The notes below the pieces were generated by a model, which was not told where the DNA came from, made no database searches, and worked only from the letters and a program-made list of their open reading frames with translations. DNA of 63,787 nucleotides, counting the filler, from Rhabdomonas costata (taxonomy: Eukaryota): NCBI GenBank assembly GCA_019059605.1. It is 45 parts of 45 records of this genome, joined end to end, with 100 filler letters (N's around TTAATTAATTAA, not from the genome) between each part and the next. Parts side by side here need not be neighbours in the genome. Positions count along the whole stretch, not along the records: positions 38,349 to 39,668 come from JAHMHO010019534.1; positions 39,769 to 41,089 come from JAHMHO010019535.1; positions 41,190 to 42,495 come from JAHMHO010019536.1; positions 42,596 to 43,914 come from JAHMHO010019537.1; positions 44,015 to 45,334 come from JAHMHO010019538.1; positions 45,435 to 46,754 come from JAHMHO010019539.1; positions 46,855 to 48,174 come from JAHMHO010019540.1; positions 48,275 to 49,594 come from JAHMHO010019541.1; 37 more parts are not named here. One strand, written 5' to 3'. Positions 38,564-51,257 of the stretch are shown piece after piece. Within the stretch, counting starts at the first letter, position 1, and each line of letters opens with the position of its first letter. Position numbers and translations under genes: made by a program.

Positions 38564-39362
38564 CGTCTTCAGCAGGCCCTCCACACGGAGCAGGTCGAAA
38601 AATGTCCCCACTGCAGCAACCACTGCGCCTTGCCGGCGGATGGGCACGATCACGGGCATCTCCAGAGTGGTTTTATAGCGCCCGCCAGAGGGCACCTTCC
38701 CAACAAAGATTTCGCCCATCACTGCGCCGGAGTTTCCCGCGACTTTGCCATGAAGAGCATCCCGAAACCACGTCTAAACAAAAAGCATGACGTAGAGAAA
38801 CGGAGCAAACGAGGCTTAAGTGTCGTTCTTCATAGTGACTATGGCAGAACGAGGTCATTTTCTTTGAGCCGCAATGTTGGGGCAGTGTGGACCATCGGGA
38901 GAACGCAATGACACAGAAAGCCACGAAAATTCCAGGTTTGCCTAAACCCATATCAATTCAGCAAGGGCACACCTTGATAAAACCACCACCCCACTTCTCG
39001 TTGAGACATTATCAAGAGACCCACACACCTACACACCTTTTCCGTCACGTTATAGTGTCCCGGGACAACAACGCTCTCGTTGATTCGCTGCCTCCAATTC
39101 GAGTCCTCCCACAGCCCTTGTTCTGCATCTGAACAGCCCTTGCAGCCCCTGACTGTGGCTGGCCACATCGTTTGTTGGTACCCCGTGGCGTTGTTGCTGA
39201 CGGACCAGAATAGTTTTCCGGTTTCCGCGTCTGCGACCAACGCCAGAAGCTCCCCTGATCCAAGGCCAAAGGAGGTTGCCGTAACATTCAGCAACAGGCT
39301 CTTCCGGACACTCATCATCCTGGTGAGCATGATCTTCCGCACATCGGCAGGGGCTGGATTTC
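38564..39362 (-). CDS. dCache-like extracellular sensor domain (exons 39362-39037, 38773-38564)
   Basis: Splicing joins YNVTEK|TWFRDAL (YDPRxRPWY-like), then VMGEIF, MPVIVPI...GAVVAAVGTFFDLLRVEGLL. Confidence 0.65.
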
Positions 39363-40874
39363 CTGTGGTTTGACCAACGCACCGTCCACGCCACGCGGTC
39401 AGCCAAACAAAACGGCCAGCACAGAACACGAAGTAAGGCTGACGAGATGAAGCACTGCTTTTCTGGCCATCATCACCTGAAGTCAGCATTTTGTGCTGAA
39501 ACCGGCTTTAGTAGACAGCAACCGGAAGACAGCATACAGAATTTCCATTACAACGTGATTGGGTATCAGCCATACAGTAGTGTTCCCGCTGCGAGCTGAA
39601 GCTAAATGACTCAGAGAGAGACACTCGGAAATATTAACGAGTGCTCAACGGGTACTCAAAAACACACCNNNNNNNNNNNNNNNNNNNNNNNNNNNNNNNN
39701 NNNNNNNNNNNNTTAATTAATTAANNNNNNNNNNNNNNNNNNNNNNNNNNNNNNNNNNNNNNNNNNNNCGCACACCAGCATCTCATGGGTCCGATCCATG
39801 GGCGGGCGGGGGGGGGGGGGTGAAAGGATTACCGTTGTTTTCTCGGTGATTCTGGTGATTCTGCGTATGAATACCCACCTACCTGTGGCTTTCCGTCTTG
39901 GGTGCCGTCGAAAAAACATCCCCAGGCAATGACTCCCCCTTTTTTTAGTGCCCTAAAATTCTGCCGCAGCCCAAAACGAAATAATTCCTACCCGCCCAAC
40001 TGGAGCTAAAGTGGCTTTGTCGTCGTTTTGTTTACCCCCGTCCCACAAAAACAGAGCACTTCATGCAGCCATTCCAAAGAAGTGTGTAGTGGGTCACCGA
40101 CTTTAGAAGCCCTACGGCGTGTTATTGTCGTTTTTTGAGGCGTGTTGTGAGCATGTCGTTTTCCACCTTCTTGATTTCCAATAACCCTACTCGAGCAGCT
40201 GCGGCACTGCACAAGCGGCATCCTCCTTCTCCTTCTTTTGATGTTTCTGCAGTCTTCCGCGTGAGTTCTCTGCTATGATTAAGGGGGAGGCTTTTTTCTT
40301 TGTGTCCGATGGGGGAAGCGGGGGATTCGGGAGAATAGGCCCTTTTTCCTTTACTCACCCCTTCCCCCCATGTTTACATCGACCTCCCCCGAGTTTGGGT
40401 TTAGCACATTTCCTCCACCCCATCCTCTGTTCTGTTCGCCGCCGTAGTAGTGCTGTGCGTTTGCTTTTCCTCTTCAACCCGACGCCAAGAAGAAGAAACC
40501 CTTGCCTCTGTTTTTCTTCATAGGGGTGGAGTCACTGACCTGTGCTTGTGTACTGTGCCTACTGTGCACTGCTGCGTTGCTGCTGTTGTTGCCGCTTGAG
40601 CTCTTTCTTCTGTCACGTTACTCCCTGTTTGTGTCATAAGCGAGCGGATTATGCAGCCTTTAGGCTGCGATGGTGCTGGACAGAATTTCACGCTTGTTAA
40701 AAACATTATGCCCGAAGGTACCTTCCTGAAAAAAGCATAAAAACATGTACCAGGCTTGTGCCGCCCAAAGACCTCGACGAGTTGTGTACAGCTTTTTGAG
40801 CTTGTAAAATCTTCTACCTAAATTCAATGAGACCATCTCTCACCCCCATGACCCATCCCGCCGGCCAGTTTCTG

Positions 40875-40875
<1 letters not shown>

Positions 40876-40905
<30 letters not shown>
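40876..40905 (+). repeat. (CA)n microsatellite
   Basis: Uninterrupted cacaca run. Confidence 0.95.
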
Positions 40906-40906
<1 letters not shown>

Positions 40907-41189
40907 GAACACGCGCGCATACGAACAAGGTCGCCCATCGGGTTACGACGGCTGTGTGTGCAGCAACCAAAGAGGGAGGCAGCCACGATCTCACTGTCCC
41001 TCTTTTTCAACCTCGCAGCTCTTTTTCAAACCCTTTCACTCCGTCACCCCTTACAGATTTCGCAGGTAAACACCACACCCCTCGTTTGCNNNNNNNNNNN
41101 NNNNNNNNNNNNNNNNNNNNNNNNNNNNNNNNNTTAATTAATTAANNNNNNNNNNNNNNNNNNNNNNNNNNNNNNNNNNNNNNNNNNNN

Positions 41190-42365
41190 TTTCTTCCAGT
41201 GGACCGCCACCAAGCCTTGCAAAGCCTTTCGCAGGCTGCTCCGCTCGTACAAAGAAAACGAGGAGCGCTGACCCGGCTGCATCCAAATCCGACCCAGGTG
41301 TGCATTGAAGGCGCATAGACCACACCACGCGCACAAAGAAGTCCGAGAAGCAGCAAAACTCGAGTATTATCGACTCCGTCCTCGTATAGGACCTATCCCT
41401 ATCCCCATCAGGCTCCCGCGTCTGGAAGCACTTTGGCAGTACCACATGACACAAACGACTCACGGACTACGGGGTGGGACGGGGGAGGGGGTAGAGTATC
41501 ATAAAATAGGCTTTGTTATTATTGTTATTATCTATCGTGGCAGCAGTTGCACTGAGGAGACCATTTTGGGTTCACTGTGCCTCAGAGTACGGAGTACGGA
41601 GGGCTGCAGACCCTGCGGCATTCGTTCAGCTGACCATCCGCCTTTGTCATATACGTATCTATGGCTGCGGTTGGGATGAGCAAAGGACAGGATGACAACG
41701 TACATCCTGTACGTGGGGACCTCACTGCCAAATTGAGTGCCGACCTGCAGAGAGACCGTTAATTTATAGGCAGCCGGAGAGGAATGCTACCGCGAAGGCC
41801 CATAAGGCCAAGCCCAAAACATGCCACGTCAACATGCCACGTTTCCACATTTTTTTTTTGGATTTGTGCGGCTACTTTCCCAGCCACAACTGAGGGCTTC
41901 TCTATGCAAAACCACGGCATTGCATTTGCGGGACATGCGCATGCCTCTGAAGGCTCGCCCTCACAGTCGCTGCCGCTGCCATCGGAGGAAGAGGTCTCTG
42001 CATCCGCAGGGTCCAATTGCAGTGCCTCGAAAAGGCTGCCCACCTCGCGCAGGATCACCGCCGCCGCCCCCGCCTGAACGAGAAACACAACAGCACGTAC
42101 ACGGCGGCGCGGGGGCCTCTGCTAAAGAAAGAGTCGACCAGCAAAGCCGACGATTACGCCTCGTGACGTGGAGCGATATCTTTTCAAGCCCCACGACGGA
42201 GAGAAAGAGCGAGGTCGGAGTGGGAAGGGAGGCCAAGTAAAGGCCAGCGGAAAACAGGGAGGGGAGCGGGAGCACACCTTGCCCTTCCTCAAAGATCGCC
42301 CGAGCCTGCGCTCCTGGAGTCCGAGGATCTGGACCAGGGCCTTTGCCGTGCTGCTGGGCTGCGAA
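41190..42365 (-). CDS. Multi-exon hypothetical protein fragment
   Basis: Several short AG-bounded GC-rich exons (PSSTAKALVQILGLQERRL..., AGAAAVILREVGSLFEAL..., TREPDGDRDRSYTRTESIILEF...); no family recognised. Confidence 0.4.
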
Positions 42366-44014
42366 AAACAATTCCAACCACACTCACGCGCCCTTCGCCC
42401 ACAAATCGCCGAATGGAAACCACTGCCTGACTGACTGTGCATTTCTGATGAGGATCAAATGTCCTGAAGCAAAGCACTCGGTGAAATCACACAAANNNNN
42501 NNNNNNNNNNNNNNNNNNNNNNNNNNNNNNNNNNNNNNNTTAATTAATTAANNNNNNNNNNNNNNNNNNNNNNNNNNNNNNNNNNNNNNNNNNNNTTGAT
42601 TTTGTGGTGTTTACGAGAATCGGTCGAACAAAAGAAGTTAAGAAGTTGCCAATATACAGGGTGTGCGTTGTTTGAGGGTTTTGACCGCAAAAGGCAGCCA
42701 TTACAAAGTGCGGTGTAAAATCTGAACGACAGGTTTGAATAGCATGGAGTGAACTATTTTCTGTTCCACTCCACTTTCAGCAATGAACTTTTGAGCCCTG
42801 CTATCTGCCTTTGTCCTTTAGCCTGGAATGAACTTCTCTTCTGCGGTTGGCCGCGAGTATTGCCCGGTATTGTCAGATGGATCGGTGAGTGTCATTTCTA
42901 GGGCCATATAATTTCAGGTCGCTGGTGTCCCCTCAGACAGGCTCTCTTGTATTTTTCATTGCTTACATACTCCGTCTCCTGGGGGGAGACGTCAGGGCCT
43001 GCTGGCTTTTTCCACGTGGTTGTTGGGTAATCAGGTTGGTCCTGGAATTGGGTGGGTTTCTCGGCGTATTTCGCTCTCGCAGTGAGGCCCCAAAGTCAGT
43101 GCCTTCGCTGGTTCAGCGGTTGGCTCTCTCGGACGTCAGCGGCTGCGCTATATCTGAAGAGCAGGTGCGCGGGCGGAAGAGAGGCAGGCTTAGTTGGTCG
43201 TCACTGTGTCCTTGCTTCCTGGGGTGCCCCATCGTTGGCATATTGGTCGTTCGTCGACAAACCGTGCCAATCTCCTCGCAAGCAAGACGCAGAAGGTTCT
43301 GAATGCCCTTCAACTCTGTTGATATCATGGCTTTCAACCTAACTCCAAACAGCTGCGGTTTGAGACAACGGGGGAAAGGGGGATGAGCCTTGTTTCTCCC
43401 TACTGCGCAGATTCGGAATGCTTTTAATGTCGAGCTCTCAGTTTGTTGTCTGGCGGGATTAAGAGAATACTTTCAAGAAAAAATGTGCCAGATCATCTTG
43501 AAATTAGAGCAGTAACACGAATAGACGCCTCCGCGCTGTTTGATGGACTGATGATGATGTTAGTGGTGGCGATGTCATTTTCGACTGCCGTACCCTTCAC
43601 TGCCCGTACCTTCTCCATGTGTGCGCATAGATTGCCGAAGTGTACCAGCGTTTCGACCCCAACGGCTACGGATATGTCCTAAAGGTTGGCCCTCTCCCCA
43701 CTGCGGGGCGTCCTCCGCTCATTTCTTATCCTCTCCATGAGGCTATCTCCCGCAGCTGACAATCGTTACTTTGGTGGACTGTTGTCATATGGATATATAG
43801 TACAACCGAGCATGTTTGTGCCGTCAGTGGAAATCACAAATTGCCTCATGCTCAACGAGGGCTTCCGCCGCACCCGCGTTGAGCATGAGGCAATTTGTGA
43901 TTTCCACCAACACANNNNNNNNNNNNNNNNNNNNNNNNNNNNNNNNNNNNNNNNNNNNTTAATTAATTAANNNNNNNNNNNNNNNNNNNNNNNNNNNNNN
44001 NNNNNNNNNNNNNN

Positions 44015-45334
44015 GGTGTGGGGTGGTACGGTGTCAATACAGAGGTGGTCAGCAACCGCGCCCGGGTCCCCCCAGTGAGCAAGCCCCTGGCACGGCCCCC
44101 GCAGCTGGTGCAGGACACGGCCTCTGCGGTGGGGTTCGCCACCAAGGCGATCCACGCTGGTGCTGCGCCAGACCTAAGTACAGGCATGTTGGGCAATCGG
44201 AGGGGGAGGGCTTGCATTGTGTAAGAGAAAGGCAGATGTATGATTGAAAGAAGATTGGAACTCGGTTTTGATGGAGGCGGAAAAATGTTTCGAACGTGCA
44301 CACCCGCGCAGCTTGAGTGCTCTGTTGAGTGCGGGGTGCGTGTTCTCTTTCCCTTCTTCCTTTGTTGGAAGCGCTGAGTCAACTGGAGAGTGCAATGTTG
44401 GAGCGAGGTATGCTTTAGCCATTTTGGAAGACTGATTCTTTTATAGCGCTCTGATATGTCCCTCCCCCGAAGACCAGGAGCGTTGACGAGGGGGTCTCTG
44501 GATACTTTCCGATGCATCTGCAACACAACCCAAACAGAAGCTCTTGTCAAGCCGACTTTCCGCCGGAGCTGCAACGTTCAAGCTACCGTACTGAGAAAGA
44601 GATGCCCCTGGTTTTTTGGAGTCACTGACAGATCCGGATCCCCTTCCCCTCACATGCAGGCTCGCGGATCACCCCAATCCACCAGAGCACGGCGTACAGC
44701 TTCCCCGACGTTGACACGGCGGCCTCGCTGTTCAACCTGCACAGCTTCGGGTTTGTGTACAGCCGTCTGGGCAACCCCACGGTGTCCGTGCTGGAGGAGA
44801 GGCTGGCTGCCCTGGAGGGAGGGCGCGCCGCGGTGTGTGTGGCCAGTGGGCATGCCGCGCAGTTCGTGGCGTTCTTCACCTTGCTGGACCCCGGGGATGA
44901 GTTTGTGGCCTCGAACTGCCTCTACGGGGGCTCCGTGACGCAGTTCAAGCTCTCCTTCCAGGTGCGCACCCGCATACCCGGGCATGCAACCGTGGAAACA
45001 TGTACTGTGGCAGACTTCGGAAAATAATCCGCTGCGGGGCACCACAGCCGGGTCATCTGAAGCAAACAGAGCTTGAAGCCAAGTGCACCCCTTACAGCGC
45101 TCCCCAAGCGCTCCGCAAGACATTCCTGTGCGACGTTTGGGAATGAACTCAAATGATCCTATTTTCGAAAGTCTCATGTCTGATGTCAGAATTGAATTGC
45201 AAGCCGAGCGATATACTTGTGCACTCCATCCTGGTCCCGTTGTTATCTGATGTTGGAGGCTCTTCCCCCGCACTTTTCTCTTCTTTCTTGTCCGCAGAGG
45301 CTGGGCTGGACGTGTCATTTTGTCGACCCCAACA
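44015..45334 (+). CDS. metY: O-acetylhomoserine sulfhydrylase (MetY/Met17 family), N-terminal part (exons to 44183, 44660-44961, from 45298)
   Basis: GFATKAIHAGAAPDLSTG|SRITPIHQSTAYSFPDVDTAASLFNL...YSRLGNPTVSVLEERLAALEGG...ASGHAAQ...LYGGS...FQ|RLGWTCHFVDP. Confidence 0.92.
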
Positions 45335-45449
45335 NNNNNNNNNNNNNNNNNNNNNNNNNNNNNNNNNNNNNNNNNNNNTTAATTAATTAANNNNNNNNNN
45401 NNNNNNNNNNNNNNNNNNNNNNNNNNNNNNNNNNGTGGTGTGGGGGTCT

Positions 45450-46340
45450 GGGCCCCACCCTGGGGCCACAGGTGAATAGTAAGGTCGTTGGGGTCGTAGC
45501 TGAGAATATTGCAGTGGCGGCGGATGAACCGCACCAGGTCGCCCCGCTGCGGCAGAACCACGGCGGGCTCCCCTCCGAGTTGGTTCAGGGGGAGGCTGCG
45601 TGCAGGGAGCCGCCGCGTAGAAGAAAAGGAAGAAAAGACGCAAAAGAAGGGTGGTGGAGCATTTCGAGAGATTCTAAATCCGTCCCATCGACGACAGGTG
45701 CAGAGATAAGATGGCGCTGGACAACTGAAAATTGGAATGCACCTGGTGAGGGCAGAGATGGGGTGATGGTTAGCGTTGAACTCAGATTGGCGTCAGCCGC
45801 AAGGCTAAGCCGAGTCTTTTGATTATATACAGTGGGCTTCCCAAAACGCTGCGTGACCGGTCCATTTCCTGGGTTTCCTGGCATTTTCCCCTCGCATCCC
45901 TAGAAAGTATAACTCGAATAACGCGTTAACCGCGTTAACCAATGAATGTTTAGAACTCGTGCCCACTAATGGGCATCTGACATGATGTGTGTGGTAAAGG
46001 AAAACCAAGCCCGCAGTGCTAAACGCTTATCGTCCCAAAGTCATTGCCCCAGAAAGCCTTTCCCAGTGGAGAACGGCCCCCTCACGCCCACCATAGTCCA
46101 CCAACACCCCAAAAAATCAGAAAAACCCAATTATGCAGAGGATTGGTCGGTCTACAGATTTGTTGGTCATCATAGCAACAAAGAAGAGGCAGGAGGGAGG
46201 TGCGGAGACCTGGGGTACATTTCCATAAACTCGTCCACCTTGCAGCTATGACCCGGCACTACCTGGAGATACCCCACAAGGCACTCCAGAAGATGGCACT
46301 CCTTCTTCAGCCGCACCGCCTGCTCCATACGGTCACCCTC
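45450..46340 (-). CDS. Hypothetical protein, possibly a winged-helix/LOTUS-like domain (exons 46340-46219, from 45595)
   Basis: Phase-2 splice gives LLECLVGYLQ...KVDEFMEI|LPLNQ...GDLVRFIRRHCNILSYD; domain guess is weak. Confidence 0.45.
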
Positions 46341-48274
46341 CTGCATGAAGCCACACCCACACCACACCGTTACAACCATGACGCGTTCGGAGGGGTGTCC
46401 GCGAAGATATGGCCGGAGAAGGGGAAAGAGAGAAAGGAGAAACTTCCTGTCATACAAGCTCTTCAGTCAGAAGAGCACCATCGCACAACAATCAGGGCTT
46501 ACACCCCCCCCCCCTCTTCCGTTGGAAGCGGGTCTTGAAGGGGTCTAGCGGGAAAGCGTCTCACCCAATGGGCTATGCTGCCTTGAAAAGTATGCCGCGC
46601 CCCAATACGCATCTCAGGTTCAGATTGCAAGAGCCCTCCTTCGGACTTACGATTGGCGTGATGGGTAGTGCGCCGCCATGCGGTTGGTAAAGGAACACGC
46701 CTGCCAGTCGTCGTGGCCCACCCACCGGACCTTCCACTTGCCGTCCACAACAACNNNNNNNNNNNNNNNNNNNNNNNNNNNNNNNNNNNNNNNNNNNNTT
46801 AATTAATTAANNNNNNNNNNNNNNNNNNNNNNNNNNNNNNNNNNNNNNNNNNNNGGGTGGTTGGGCACCTATCAGTCTGCTATCTCAAATTGGACTATGA
46901 AGGGTTAACTCTTTCAATGTAGTAGAGGGGAGTGCTGCTCGCGAGTGAGTTGCAGCTGATGCCAGTGTGGTTTAAGCGGGCGCTGTGCGTGGACTGGACG
47001 AGCAAGGCCGCGGTTTGGCGTTTCGGCAGGTCTTGGAAAGTAGTTTAACCAAATTTTCAAAAAAAAATTACTTTTTTGCAGTTTCGACCCCTCTGAAAAG
47101 TTACGGGGTCACGTGCGACGTTCGTTGGCAAAACCCACATAGAATCCAGCCCACACATCCCCTAGAGCGTTCGTGTGCTTGAGATCAAGCATCATACCAA
47201 ACACAACACCCAACAGAACAAGTTTGCTAGCAAGCCCAACATGCCTCACCTCGCATTTGCAGGACGCAGATGACGGAAAAGCTACACGCACACTTAAAGC
47301 TGCTCTTTTTCATGGGTGATGGTTATGTGTAAAGATGGCAGTCAGTGTGAATCTTTGGCTTCGTTTTCGAATGATTTGAGAAGATTAGTTGACTAGCTAA
47401 AGTTCCGTACCTCAGTAAAGAAAATAAGGGAACGTTGATTCTGTGAGTGGAGATATGGATCAAATGGTTGAGAAATAGAATAAACCGGACACGGGATGCA
47501 TATTAGCTGTTGAATTTCGAGAAACGTGAGGAAGAAATGGACGCAAGAGATTCAGTCTGCACGAGTAGGCCCGAGGCAAGTAGGAAAAAAGCAAAGAGAG
47601 AGATGGAAAGGTTGGAGAAGGCGAATCGGATGGAGAAATAATGTCGAGACACCAGAGCAAGACAGTGAGAGAGAGAGGGTTGTGAATGACAGTGGAAAAG
47701 ACGAAAAGCAGTAATTGCTGCAAGCGAAAGGCACATAAAAATACGATGATAAATGCAATACTAGATGCGCATGTGCATTTGACTTGTACTTTTGTTGAGC
47801 TTTTGCCCAGATAGTATCGACGAGATGAAGATACAGCAGATTCAGAAAAGAATAATTAAAAAATAAGTTCCAGGTGTTTTTTAACGTTGATCACGAGATT
47901 ATAATAGAGATTCATATAAATGTAAAAAACTGACAACTGAAGTGACCGATGTTTCGATTGAGTATTTTGCGTATTTTTTGGATTTGTGGCGCTCTGGATT
48001 GTTTTTTGAAAACCGTTCATCTCTTTTACATGTAGCAGTAAAATCTTTGCGTAGCGATGCCAGAGAGAGATAGAATTTGTTTAAAGTACAAACTTTTTTT
48101 GCTAAATATTCTCTTTTCCGCATTTAAAGATTTACTGCTACATGTAAAAGAGATGAACGGTTTTCAAAACCCCCNNNNNNNNNNNNNNNNNNNNNNNNNN
48201 NNNNNNNNNNNNNNNNNNTTAATTAATTAANNNNNNNNNNNNNNNNNNNNNNNNNNNNNNNNNNNNNNNNNNNN

Positions 48275-49131
48275 GGTGGGGGGTGGTGCCCACAGGGAAC
48301 ACCGGGGACAACGCAGAGGGGGGGGTGTCGATCGCCCCACAAGGGCTGCGGTACCCCAAGCTTCCGCTGCTGCTCAGCTTGCTGGGGTCGGACGTCGAGA
48401 GCTCCAGCAGGGGGTTTTCCCGGGCCAACACCTGGGCCCAGCTCACGCCGTGGAAGAAGGGATCGGCTAATAGTGTGGGGTGCGGGGATGGCAGGGGGTG
48501 GAGCAGAAACTCCCGGCCAACTCGTCAAGATTATCAAAAATCATCACAACGGCCAGTGTCCGGAGCAACAATAACAGGCAAAAGATAAGTCAGAGATAGG
48601 AGGCATTTCGGGACAATTGCACTGGGGAGGGGGGCGTGAAACGGTGCTTATGGGCGTTTAACGTTTAACGTGTTGAAAGCTAACACCCGACCTCGATTTG
48701 CACCCAGTAATCGGTGCTCGGGTGCTTTCATATGAGGGGCAGAAGGACTTCATCTCTTTCGAACCCCCCAGTTCCGTCCTTTCCTCTGTTCAATGTCATG
48801 CCCACCCATCCCATGCTCTATTCTTTTTCCGACCACTCTGTTAGTCATTTTGCCTCGTTTGTGTACGATTTATAGATCTGTGTCAGCAGTTTTTTGAATT
48901 CAGGATCCGAACCTGGGAGCTAAAGCCGAGTGATAAGCAACAAAACCGCCCCTTGCCCTCGCAGCCCCTCTTTCTCTACGAAATGTTGCCAGACACGCGA
49001 CAACCTTTGAGGGCCTCCATGGTCAACCGGTCTGCCTCGGGTTTCCGCAGCAGGCCCTGCATCGCCATCCTCGCTTCTCGGGACACCCAGGAATACTTCT
49101 CGTACTCGGGCTCCCGGAAGACTATCGCGCG
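48275..49131 (+). CDS. Hypothetical protein exons (to 48479, 48904-49131)
   Basis: Frame-compatible GT-AG intron 48480-48903; GC-rich exons; no family recognised. Confidence 0.5.
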
Positions 49132-49694
49132 GTATACCTTTACAAGGGTTCAAACAAGCGAAAAAAAATCGAAACCCAAATGAAAAATCAGAGTCTACAA
49201 AACTGGGAAGGAGATGCAGCGGGCTGACAAGCTGGCGGTGAAAGTGACACCTGCTAAACGAGGATTCGACGCGATCCCGAAGCGCTTTACCAGATGAGCT
49301 CGTGCTTCGTCTGCAAGGCATCCCTGTACTCAAAGCTGTGGAGGTCCCTTTCTTTTCCTTCCTGGAGTCGATTCGGGGCTAATGAGGTCGCACCGAACGG
49401 ACACCCATTATATTCGTTTCATCACCCTGCTGGAACCCTGAGATTGTTTTCAGGAGTGGCATACAGCTAAACGCCAATAACCGCAAAAACTCTCATCACC
49501 ACATCTCCCAGCATCGTCGCCCGGAGACGATTCATTCCCTGCAACATGGTCTCCCCCGCCCGTTACTACCCACACAACCAAACACACCCACCACNNNNNN
49601 NNNNNNNNNNNNNNNNNNNNNNNNNNNNNNNNNNNNNNTTAATTAATTAANNNNNNNNNNNNNNNNNNNNNNNNNNNNNNNNNNNNNNNNNNNN

Positions 49695-50535
49695 GGTTGT
49701 TGGGATTGACATTGGTGTAGAACACCTGCTCCCCGGTGAAGTTGGACACCGCGGCCTGCACCACAACGCTGTGATGCCCCCCCCACACACACGCTCTCAC
49801 AAAGTCGCAGCACTAGGAAGGCCAAAAAGAAGCAAATAAAAAACAAAAAGAAAAGTAGCAAAAAGAAAAGAAGCAAAACTAATGTGCGCAAAAAAAAACC
49901 ACGAAAATACGCTTTCTGTTTGCGGTTTTGCGGAAAATACTACCTCAAAATGGCTACGTATGTAGCAACAGACATATGGCCCGCGACATGTCAAAGTGTG
50001 AGAAAGCGAAAAACTACAGCTATTGCCACAGGCACATCGGCAAAACATCGGCTTACCCCAGAAAAGGTAACCTGATGATAGAAATTTCCAATGCTGACAC
50101 GGTTACAATATGGTACAAAAAAATAGGCGACCTTTTTACGATCCCTACACTCCATATAACTCCGTATGAGTCCAAACAGTCGCTTTTTGGTACCACTTTT
50201 CCGACTCCAACTTCTAAGGGGGAGCAGGTAACTAAAGATCGAATCACTCCTAAAGTGAGGCATTGGCGTTCAAAATTATGTGGCGAAAGCGCTAATCGCA
50301 GATCAGTAACTGTAGATGATGGCAGTGACTCAGTTTCCGAGAATCCGGGCCCAAGTTCAAGCAGAAGCACGTGAGGTCACAACAGACCTCTCTGGAAACT
50401 TGCTGGCCTTTGGAGCCAGCCGGAACCTTACCACCTGGGGGTTCGGCTCAAACAGGTAGATCACGCTGCGGGTGCAGCCTCGTGCACGCCCAAACCACTT
50501 CGCAAAGTACTTCAGGTCCTGGCCCGTGTTGGCGC
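49695..50535 (-). CDS. FkbM-family SAM-dependent methyltransferase, partial (exons 50535-50388, 49768-49695)
   Basis: GANTGQD...VIYLFEPNP...FPES|VVVQAAVSNFTGEQVFY. Confidence 0.8.
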
Positions 50536-50547
50536 CTGGTACCGTAA

Positions 50548-51010
50548 CGTATCCACCCCACCCACATGCACACAATCAACGGTCAGACCCCCAATTACAA
50601 AACCCAGCCAAAAGCAGCAGTGCACATGCCGCCATGTGGTGGCCACACAACGATAAACCGCTCAGGTGGACTCGGATGGACCCATGGAAGAACGTAGGTG
50701 GTAGACACCCCGCTCTCTCCCAGAAGTTGTGCCCACCAGCTTCAATGTGAGCAACGTTGTCCACTAGCCCTAGCCCTAAGAAAGGTCAGAGGTCAGAGAT
50801 GCAGGGGGAGGGAGAGCGGTAACACCAAGCCCTGGGGATATACTCCACGGTCTTGTCTTAGCACTTGCATCGGTACATAGCGCTCTTCCTTTCCCAGGCC
50901 TTTACCCGTATCCACCCCACCCACATGCACACAATCAACGGTCAGACCCCCAATTACAAAACCCAGCCAAAAGCAGCAGTGCACATGCCGCCATGTGGTG
51001 GCCACACAAC
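50548..51010 (+). repeat. Perfect 104-bp direct repeat (50548-50651 and 50907-51010)
   Basis: cgtatccaccccacccacatgcac...ggccacacaac is identical in both copies. Confidence 0.95.
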
Positions 51011-51257
51011 AAACNNNNNNNNNNNNNNNNNNNNNNNNNNNNNNNNNNNNNNNNNNNNTTAATTAATTAANNNNNNNNNNNNNNNNNNNNNNNNNNNNNN
51101 NNNNNNNNNNNNNNCGTGTCGTTCGTCTCTGTAGTGTGCTCGTGTGCTTGCATCGGGCAGAGCATGACTTTTCTCGGAAACAGGAATTGGCGATGGTTTG
51201 GGGTCTGATGCGTCGCCTGCACATGCTGAGTGTATGAGTTCTTGTCTTGCTCTTCAG

